Assembly: GCF_030144855.1 (NCBI RefSeq)
Contig: NC_082727.1
Coordinates: 9,858,001-9,922,000, forward strand
Source: Hypanus sabinus
Taxonomy: Eukaryota
Direction: 5' to 3'
DNA length: 64,000 nucleotides
Shown here piece after piece: positions 54,241-64,000 of this stretch (positions are counted from its first letter, which is position 1; every line of letters starts with the position of its first letter). The translations under genes and the position numbers were made by a program. Under the pieces are notes generated by a model. The model saw nothing but the letters and a program-made list of their open reading frames with translations. It was not told where the DNA came from and did no database searches.

Positions 54241-57200
54241 ACTGCTCTCTCTCTCCGACAGAGGACCTGACTGCTCTCTCTCTCCGACAGAGGACCTGAC
54301 TGCTCTCTCACCGATACAGGACCTGACTGCTCTCTCTCTCCGATACAGGACCTGACTGCTCTCTCTCCGATACAGGACCTGACTGCTCTCTCTCCGATAG
54401 AGGACCTGACTGCTCTCTCTCCGATACAGGACCTGAATGCTCTCTCTCTCCGATACAGGACCTGACTGCTCTCTCTCTCCGATACAGGACCTGAATGCTC
54501 TCTCTCTCCGATACAGGACCTGACTGCTCTCTCTCCGATACAGGACCTGAATGCTCTCTCTCTCTGATACAGGACCTGACTGCTCTCTCTCTCCGATACA
54601 GGACCTGATTGCTCTCTCTCTCCTATACAGGACCTGACTGCTCTCTCTCCAATACAGGACCTAACTGCTCTCTCTCCGATACAGGACCTAACTGCTCTCT
54701 CTCCGATAGAGGACCTGACTGCTCTCTCTCCGATACAGGACCTGACCGCTCTCTCTCTTTCCGATACAGGACCTGACTGCTCTCTCTCCGATAGAGGACC
54801 TGACTGCTCTCTCTCTCCGATACAGGACCTGACTGCTCTCTCTCCGATACAGGACCTGACTACTCTCTCTCTCCGATACAGGACCTGACTGCTCTCTCTC
54901 CGATACAGGACCTGACTGCTCTCTCTCTCCGATAGAGGACCTGACTGCTCTCTCTCTCCGATAGAGGACCTGACTGCTCTCTCTCCGATACAGGACCTGA
55001 CTACTCTCTCTCTCCGATACAGGACCTGACTGCTCTGTCTCCGATACAGGACCTGACTGCTCTCTCTCCGATACAGGACCTGACTGCTCTCTCTCTTTCC
55101 GATACAGGACCTGACTGCTCCCTCTCCGATAGAGGACCTGACAGCTCTCTCTCTGATAGAGGACCTGACTGCTCTCTCTCTCTCTCTGATAGAGGACCTG
55201 ACTGCTCTCTCTCTCTCTCCGATACAGGACCTGACTGCTCTCTCTCTCCGATACAGGACCTGACTGCTCCCTCTCCGATAGAGGACCTGACAGCTCTCTC
55301 TCTGATCGAGGACCTGACAGCTCTCTCTCTGATAGAGGACCTGACTGCACTCTCTCTCTCTCCGATACAGGACCTGACTGCTCTCTCTCTTTCCGATACA
55401 GGACCTGACTGCTCCCTCTCCGATAGAGGACCTGACAGCTCTCTCTCTGATAGAGGACCTGACTGCTCTCTCTCTCTCTCCGATACAGGACCTGACTGCT
55501 CTCTCTCCGATACAGGACCTGACTGCTCTTTCTCCGATACAGGACCTGACTGCTCTCTCTCCGATACAGGACCTGACTGCTCTCTCTCTCTCTCCGATAC
55601 AGGACCTGACTGCACTCTCTCCGATACAGGACCTGACTGCTCTTTCTCCGATACAGGACCTGACTGCTCTCTCTCTCCGATACAGGACCTGACTGCTCTC
55701 TCTCCGATACAGGACCTGACTGCTCTCTCCCTCCGATAGAGGACCTGACTGCTCTCTCTCTGATAGAGGACCTGACTGCTCTCTCTCCGATACAGGACCT
55801 GACTGCTCTCTCTCTCCTATACAGGACCTGACTGCTCTCTCTCCGATAAAGGACCTGACTGCTCTCTCCGATACAGGACCTGTCTGCTCTCTCTCCGATA
55901 CCGGACCTGACTGCTCTCTCTCCGATACAGGACCTGTCTGCTCTCTCTCCGATACCGGACCTGACTGCTCTCTCTCCGATACAGGACCTGACTGCTCTCT
56001 CTCCGATACCGGACCTGACTGCTCTCTCTCCGATAAAGGACCTGACTGCTCTCTCTCTCCGATACAGCACCTGACTGCTCTCTCCGATACAGGACCTGTC
56101 TGCTCTCTCTCCGATACCGGACCTGACTGCTCTCTCTCCGATACAGGACCTGACTGCTCTTTCTCCGATACAGGACCTGACTGCTCTCTCTCCCCGATAC
56201 AGGACCTGACTGCTCTCTCTCCGATACAGGACCTGACTGCTCTCTCTCCGATAAAGGACCTGACTGCTCTCTCTCTCCGATACAGGACCTGACTGCTCTC
56301 TCTCCGATACAGGACCTGACTGCTCTCTCCGATACAGGACCTGACTGCTCTCTCTCCGATACAGGACCTGACTGCTCTCTCCGATACAAGACCTGACTGC
56401 TCTCTCCGATACAGGACCTGACTGCTCTCTCTCCGATACTGGACCTGTCCGCTCTCTCTCTCCGATACAGGACCTGACTGCTCTCTCTCCGATACAGGAC
56501 CTGACTGCTCTCTCTCCGATACAGGACCTGACTGCTCTTTCTCCGATACAGGACCTGACTGCTCTCTCTCTCCGATACAGGACCTGACTGCTCTCTCTCT
56601 CTCCGATACAGGACCTGAGTGCTCTCTCTCCGATACAGGACCTGAGTGCACTCTCTCCGATACAGGACCTGACTGCTCTCTCTCTCCGATACAGGACCTG
56701 ACTGCTCTCTCTCTCCGATACAGGACCTGACTGCTCTCTCTCTCCGATAGAGGACCTGACTGCTCTCTCTCCGATACAGGACCTGACTGCTCTCTCTCTC
56801 CGATACAGGACCTGACTGCTCTCTCCGATACAGGACCTGACTGCTCTCTCTCCGATACAGGACCTGACTGCTCTCTCTCCGATAGAGGACCTGACTGCTC
56901 TCTCTCTCCGATACAGGACCTGACTGCTCTCTCTCCGATAGAGGACCTGACTGCTCTCTCTCCGATAGAGAACCTGACTGCACTCTCTCTCCGATACAGG
57001 ACCAGACTGCTCTCTCTCCGATTGAGGACCTGACTGTTCTCTCTCCGATACAGGACCAGACTGCTCTCTCTCCGATACAGGACCTGACTGCTCTCTCCGA
57101 TAGAGGACCTGACTGCTCTCTCTCTCCGATAGAGGACCTGACTGCTCTCTCCGATACAGGACCTGACTGCTCTCTCTCTCCGATACAGGACCTGACTGCT

Positions 57201-60200
57201 CTCTCTCTCCTATACAGGACCTGACTGCTCTCTCTCTCCTATACAGGACCTGACTGCTCTCTCTCCGATACAGGACCTGACTGCTCTCTCTCCGATAGAG
57301 GACCTGACTGCTCTCACTCTCCGATACAGGACCTGACTGCTCTCTCTCTCCTATACAGGACCTGACTGCTCTCTCCGATACAGGACCTGACTGCTCTCTC
57401 TCTCCTATACAGGACCTGACTGCTCTCTCTCCGATACAGGACCTGACTACTCTCTCTCTCCGATACAGGACCTGACTGCTCTCTCTCGCCGATAGAGGAC
57501 CTGACTGCTCTCTCTCTCCGATACAGGACCTGACTGCTCTCTCTCTCCTATACAGGACCTGACTGCTCTCTCTCTCCGATACAGGACCTGACTGCTCTCT
57601 CTCCGATACAGGACCTGACTGCTCTCTCTCTCCGATACATGACCTGACTGCTCTCTCTTTCCGATACATGACCTGACTGCTCTCTCTCTTTCCGATACAG
57701 GACCTGACTGCTCTCTCTCCGATAGAGGACCTGACTACTCTCTCTCTCCGATACAGGACCTGACTACTCTCTCTCTCCGATACAGGACCTGACTGCTCTC
57801 TCTCTCCGATAGAGGACCTGACTGCTCTCTCTCTCCGACAGAGGACCTGACTGCTCTCTCTCTCCGACAGAGGACCTGACTGCTCTCTCACCGATACAGG
57901 ACCTGACTACTCTCTCTCTCCGATACAGGACCTGACTGCTCTCTCTCCGATACAGGACCTAACTGCTCTCTCTCCGATAGAGGACCTGACTGCTCTCTCT
58001 CCGATACAGGACCTGAATGCTCTCTCTCTCCGATACAGGACCTGACTGCTCTCTCTCTCCGATACAGGACCTGAATGCTCTCTCTCTCCGATACAGGACC
58101 TGACTGCTCTCTCTCCGATACAGGACCTGAATGCTCTCTCTCTCTGATACAGGACCTGACTGCTCTCTCTCTCCGATACAGGACCTGATTGCTCTCTCTC
58201 TCCTATACAGGACCTGACTGCTCTCTCTCCGATACAGGACCTAACTGCTCTCTCTCCGATAGAGGACCTGACTGCTCTCTCTCCGATACAGGACCTGACC
58301 GCTCTCTCTCTTTCCGATACAGGACCTGACTGCTCTCTCTCCGATAGAGGACCTGACTGCTCTCTCTCTCCGATACAGGACCTGACTGCTCTCTCTCCGA
58401 TACAGGACCTGACTACTCTCTCTCTCCGATACAGGACCTGACTGCTCTCTCTCCGATACAGGACCTGACTGCTCTCTCTCTCCGATAGAGGACCTGACTG
58501 CTCTCTCTCTCCAATAGAGGACCTGACTGCTCTCTCTCCAATACAGGACCTGACTACTCTCTCTCTCCGATACAGGACCTGACTGCTCTGTCTCCGATAC
58601 AGGACCTGACTGCTCTCTCTCCGATACAGGACCTGACTGCTCTCTCTCTTTCCGATACAGGACCTGACTGCTCCCTCTCCGATAGAGGACCTGACAGCTC
58701 TCTCTCTGATAGAGGACCTGACTGCTCTCTCTCTCTCTCCGATACAGGACCTGACTGCTCTCTCTCTCCGATACAGGACCTGACTGCTCCCTCTCCGATA
58801 GAGGACCTGACAGCTCTCTCTCTGATCGAGGACCTGACAGCTCTCTCTCTGATAGAGGACCTGACTGCACTCTCTCTCTCTCCGATACAGGACCTGACTG
58901 CTCTCTCTCTTTCCGATACAGGACCTGACTGCTCCCTCTCCGATAGAGGACCTGACAGCTCTCTCTCTGATAGAGGACCTGACTGCTCTCTCTCTCTCTC
59001 CGATACAGGACCTGACTGCTCTCTCTCCGATACAGGACCTGACTGCTCTTTCTCCGATACAGGACCTGACTGCTCTCTCTCCGATACAGGACCTGACTGC
59101 TCTCTCTCTCTCTCCGATACAGGACCTGACTGCACTCTCTCCGATACAGGACCTGACTGCTCTTTCTCCGATACAGGACCTGACTGCTCTCTCTCCCCGA
59201 TACAGGACCTGACTGCTCTCTCTCCGATACAGGACCTGACTGCTCTCTCCCTCCGATAGAGGACCTGACTGCTCTCTCTCTGATAGAGGACCTGACTGCT
59301 CTCTCTCCGATACAGGACCTGACTGCTCTCTCTCTCCTATACAGGACCTGACTGCTCTCTCTCCGATAAAGGACCTGACTGCTCTCTCCGATACAGGACC
59401 TGTCTGCTCTCTCTCCGATACCGGACCTGACTGCTCTCTCTCCGATACAGGACCTGTCTGCTCTCTCTCCGATACCGGACCTGACTGCTCTCTCTCCGAT
59501 ACAGGACCTGACTGCTCTCTCTCCGATACCGGACCTGACTGCTCTCTCTCCGATAAAGGACCTGACTGCTCTCTCTCTCCGATACAGCACCTGACTGCTC
59601 TCTCCGATACAGGACCTGTCTGCTCTCTCTCCGATACCGGACCTGACTGCTCTCTCTCCGATACAGGACCTGACTGCTCTTTCTCCGATACAGGACCTGA
59701 CTGCTCTCTCTCTCCGATACAGGACCTGACTGCTCTCTCTCCGATACAGGACCTGACTGCTCTCTCTCCGATAAAGGACCTGACTGCTCTCTCTCTCCGA
59801 TACAGGACCTGACTGCTCTCTCTCCGATACAGGACCTGACTGCTCTCTCCGATACAGGACCTGACTGCTCTCTCTCCGATACAGGACCTGACTGCTCTCT
59901 CCGATACAAGACCTGACTGCTCTCTCCGATACAGGACCTGACTGCTCTCTCTCCGATACTGGACCTGTCCGCTCTCTCTCTCCGATACAGGACCTGACTG
60001 CTCTCTCTCCGATACAGGACCTGAATGCTCTCTCTCTCCGATACAGGACCTGACTGCTCTCTCTCTCCGATACAGGACCTGAATGCTCTCTCTCTCCGAT
60101 ACAGGACCTGACTGCTCTCTCTCCGATACAGGACCTGAATGCTCTCTCTCTCTGATACAGGACCTGACTGCTCTCTCTCTCCGATACAGGACCTGATTGC

Positions 60201-62000
60201 TCTCTCTCTCCTATACAGGACCTGACTGCTCTCTCTCCAATACAGGACCTAACTGCTCTCTCTCCGATACAGGACCTAACTGCTCTCTCTCCGATAGAGG
60301 ACCTGACTGCTCTCTCTCCGATACAGGACCTGACCGCTCTCTCTCTTTCCGATACAGGACCTGACTGCTCTCTCTCCGATAGAGGACCTGACTGCTCTCT
60401 CTCTCCGATACAGGACCTGACTGCTCTCTCTCCGATACAGGACCTGACTACTCTCTCTCTCCGATACAGGACCTGACTGCTCTCTCTCCGATACAGGACC
60501 TGACTGCTCTCTCTCTCCGATAGAGGACCTGACTGCTCTCTCTCTCCAATAGAGGACCTGACTGCTCTCTCTCCAATACAGGACCTGACTACTCTCTCTC
60601 TCCGATACAGGACCTGACTGCTCTGTCTCCGATACAGGACCTGACTGCTCTCTCTCCGATACAGGACCTGACTGCTCTCTCTCTTTCCGATACAGGACCT
60701 GACTGCTCCCTCTCCGATAGAGGACCTGACAGCTCTCTCTCTGATAGAGGACCTGACTGCTCTCTCTCTCTCTCCGATACAGGACCTGACTGCTCTCTCT
60801 CTCCGATACAGGACCTGACTGCTCCCTCTCCGATAGAGGACCTGACAGCTCTCTCTCTGATCGAGGACCTGACAGCTCTCTCTCTGATAGAGGACCTGAC
60901 TGCTCTCTCTCTCTCTCCGATACAGGACCTGACTGCTCTCTCTCCGATACAGGACCTGACTGCTCTTTCTCCGATACAGGACCTGACTGCTCTCTCTCCG
61001 ATACAGGACCTGACTGCTCTCTCTCTCTCTCCGATACAGGACCTGACTGCACTCTCTCCGATACAGGACCTGACTGCTCTTTCTCCGATACAGGACCTGA
61101 CTGCTCTCTCTCCCCGATACAGGACCTGACTGCTCTCTCTCCGATACAGGACCTGACTGCTCTCTCCCTCCGATAGAGGACCTGACTGCTCTCTCTCTGA
61201 TAGAGGACCTGACTGCTCTCTCTCCGATACAGGACCTGACTGCTCTCTCTCTCCTATACAGGACCTGACTGCTCTCTCTCCGATAAAGGACCTGACTGCT
61301 CTCTCCGATACAGGACCTGTCTGCTCTCTCTCCGATACCGGACCTGACTGCTCTCTCTCCGATACAGGACCTGTCTGCTCTCTCTCCGATACCGGACCTG
61401 ACTGCTCTCTCTCCGATACAGGACCTGACTGCTCTCTCTCCGATACCGGACCTGACTGCTCTCTCTCCGATAAAGGACCTGACTGCTCTCTCTCTCCGAT
61501 ACAGCACCTGACTGCTCTCTCCGATACAGGACCTGTCTGCTCTGTCTCCGATACCGGACCTGACTGCTCTCTCTCCGATACAGGACCTGACTGCTCTTTC
61601 TCCGATACAGGACCTGACTGCTCTCTCTCTCCGATACAGGACCTGACTGCTCTCTCTCCGATACAGGACCTGACTGCTCTCTCTCCGATAAAGGACCTGA
61701 CTGCTCTCTCTCTCCGATACAGGACCTGACTGCTCTCTCTCCGATACAGGACCTGACTGCTCTCTCCGATACAGGACCTGACTGCTCTCTCTCCGATACA
61801 GGACCTGACTGCTCTCTCCGATACAAGACCTGACTGCTCTCTCCGATACAGGACCTGACTCCTCTCTCTCCGATACTGGACCTGTCCGCTCTCTCTCTCC
61901 GATACAGGACCTGACTGCTCTCTCTCCGATACAGGACCTGACTGCTCTCTCTCCGATACAGGACCTGACTGCTCTTTCTCCGATACAGGACCTGACTGCT
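52930..62000 (+). repeat. Distal duplications: ~3.5-3.75-kb unit followed by a ~1.9-2.0-kb partial third copy
   Basis: ORF boundary offsets are 3754 (53229/56983), 3553 (54688/58241), 3520 (55817/59337), 2035 (58241/60276) and 1917 (59337/61254). Three copies of tgatcgagg (~55303, 58823, 60858) and acagcacctg (~56064, 59584, 61501) are present. Confidence 0.82.
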
Positions 62001-64000
62001 CTCTCTCTCCGATACAGGACCTGACTGCTCTCTCTCTCCGAAACAGGACCTGACTGCTCTCTCTCTCCGATACAGGACCTGACTGCTCTCTCTCTCCGAT
62101 ACAGGACCTGACTGCTCTCTCTCCGATACAGGACCTGACTGCTTTCTCTCCGATACAGGACCTGACGGCTCTTTCTCCGATACAGGACCTGACTGCTCTC
62201 TCACCAACTGAGGACCTGACTGCTCTCTCTCCGATACAGGACCTGACTGCTCTCTCTCTCCGATACAGGACCTGACTGCTCTCTCTCTCCGATACAGGAC
62301 CTGACTGCTCTCTCTCTCCGATACAGGACCTGACTGCTCTCTCTCTCTCCGATACAGGACCTGACTGCTCTCTCTCCGATACAGGACCTGAGTGCACTCT
62401 CTCCGATACAGGACCTGACTGCTCTCTCTCTCCGATACAGGACCTGACTGCTCTCTCTCTCTGATACAGGACCTGACTGCTCTCTCTCTCCTATACAGGA
62501 CCTGACTACTCTCTCTCCGATACAGGACCTGACTGCTCTCTCTCCGATACAGGACCTGACTGCTCTCTCTCTCCGATACAGGACCTGACTGCTCTCTCTC
62601 TCCTATACAGGACCTGATACTCTCTCTCCGATACAGGACCTGACTGCTCTCTCTCTCTCCGACAGAGTACCTGACTGCTCTCTCTCTCTCCGACAGAGGA
62701 CCTGACTGCTCTCTCTCTCCGATAGAGAACCTGACTGCTCTCTCCGATAGAGAACCTGACTGCTCTCTCTCTCCGATAGAGAACCTGATTGCTCTCTCTC
62801 TCCGATAGAGAACCTGACTGCTCTCTCCGATACAGGACCTGACTGCTCGCTCTCCGATACAGGACCTGACTGCTCTCTCCGATAGAGGACCTGACTGCTC
62901 TCTCTCCGATACAGGACCTGACTGCTCTCTCTCTCCGATAGAGAACCTGACTGCTCTCTCTCTCCGATAGAGAACCTGACTGCTCTCTCCGATACAGGAC
63001 CTGACTGCTCGCTCTCCGATACAGGACCTGACTGCTCTCTCCGATAGAGGACCTGACTGCTCTCTCTCCGATAGAGGACCTGACTGCTCTCTCTCTCCGA
63101 CTGAGGACCTGACTGCTCTCTCTCTCCGACAGAGGACCTGACTGCTCTCTCCGATACAGGACCTGACTGCTCTCTCTCTCCGATACAGGACCTGACTGCT
63201 CTCTCTCTCCGACAGAGGACCTGACTGCTCTCTCTCTCCGACAGAGGACCTGACTGCTCTCTCTCTCCGATACAGGACCTGACTACTCGCTCTCCGATAC
63301 AGGACCTGACTGCTCGCTCTCCGATACAGGACCTGACTGCTCTCTGTCTCCGATAGAGAACCTGACTGCTCTCTCTCTCCGATAGAGAACCTGACTGCTC
63401 TCTCCGATACAGGACCTGACTGTTCGCTCTCCGATAGAGGACCTGACTGCTCTCTCCGATAGAGGACCTGACTGCTCTCTCTCCGATAGAGGACCTGACT
63501 GCTCTCTCTCCGACAGAGGACCTGACTGCTCTCTCTCTCCGACTGAGGACCTGACTGCTCTCTCTCTCCGACAGAGGACCTGACTGCTCTCTCTCTCCGA
63601 TAGAGGACCTGACTGCTCTCTCTCTCCGATACAGGACCTGACAGCTCTCTCTCTCCGATACAGGACCTGACTGCTCTCTCTCTCCGATACAGGACCTGAC
63701 TGTTCTCTCTCCGATACAGGACCTGACTGCTCTCTCTCTCTCTCCGATACAGGACCTGACTGCTCTCTCTCTCCGATACAGGACCTGACTGCTCTCTCTC
63801 TCTCCGATACAGGACCTGACTACTCTCTCTCCGATAGAGGACCTGACTGCTCTCTCCGATACAGGACCTGACTGTTCGCTCTCCGATAGAGGACCTGACT
63901 GCTCTCTCCGATAGAGGACCTGACAGCTCTCTCTCCGATAGAGGACCTGACTGCTCTCTCCGATAGAGGACCTGACTGCTCTCTCTCCGATAGAGGACCT

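Larger units (their letters stand above)
14360..64000 (+). repeat. Same tandem satellite array, right of gap, same orientation
   Basis: The same 19-bp core plus (CT)n monomer continues to the window end. I saw no unique sequence and no inverted monomers. Confidence 0.99.

Noticed and set aside
1-64000. CRISPR array
   Set aside because: There are no unique spacers. The sequence between cores is only (CT)n of 6-14 bp, and there are no cas genes or leader.
1-64000. Telomerase-made telomeric repeat
   Set aside because: There is no TTAGGG-like motif or G-run. The variants are propagated in kb-scale duplicated blocks, which points to recombination or replication-based copying rather than synthesis from one template.
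1-64000. Transcription-factor site array (GAGA-type GAGAG, TGAC core, AGGTCA-like AGGTCC)
   Set aside because: Such short motifs are expected by chance in any monomer. The host is unknown and there is no binding evidence.
1-64000. Centromere assignment, transposon insertions or inversions
   Set aside because: I saw no recognisable centromeric motif, non-satellite insert or strand switch. Centromeric function cannot be inferred from this sequence alone.
1-64000. Stable H-DNA or G-quadruplex formation
   Set aside because: The CT tracts are only about 6-14 bp and are interrupted by a mixed-sequence core. The consensus has no runs of three G.

Overview
The whole 64 kb window, apart from a 200-N gap at 14160-14359, is one head-to-tail tandem satellite/minisatellite array. 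The monomer is a 19-bp core CCGATA(C/G)AGGACCTGACTG followed by a variable (CT)3-7 tract, so units are mostly 25/27/29/31/33 bp; I estimate roughly 2,300 copies, all in one orientation as far as I can read. I found no genes, RNA genes, mobile elements or CRISPR array. The long minus-strand ORFs arise because the reverse complement of the consensus monomer has no stop codon in any frame. The real structure lies in the pattern of monomer variants. It shows nested, locally changing higher-order duplications (offsets about 8435/7012, 2602, 1441/1229, 4804 containing 1298, 3229, 5196, 3520-3580 and 1917-2035 bp). It also shows a change in variant composition near 42.3 kb and again near 62.65 kb, CpG-decay variants, and a possible tendency for variants to perfect small hairpins. 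The sequence looks like eukaryotic repetitive DNA from a scaffolded assembly, but I cannot identify the organism or satellite family. I found no evidence for a novel gene system. All offsets were read by eye or from the ORF track, so boundaries are good to about one monomer at best.
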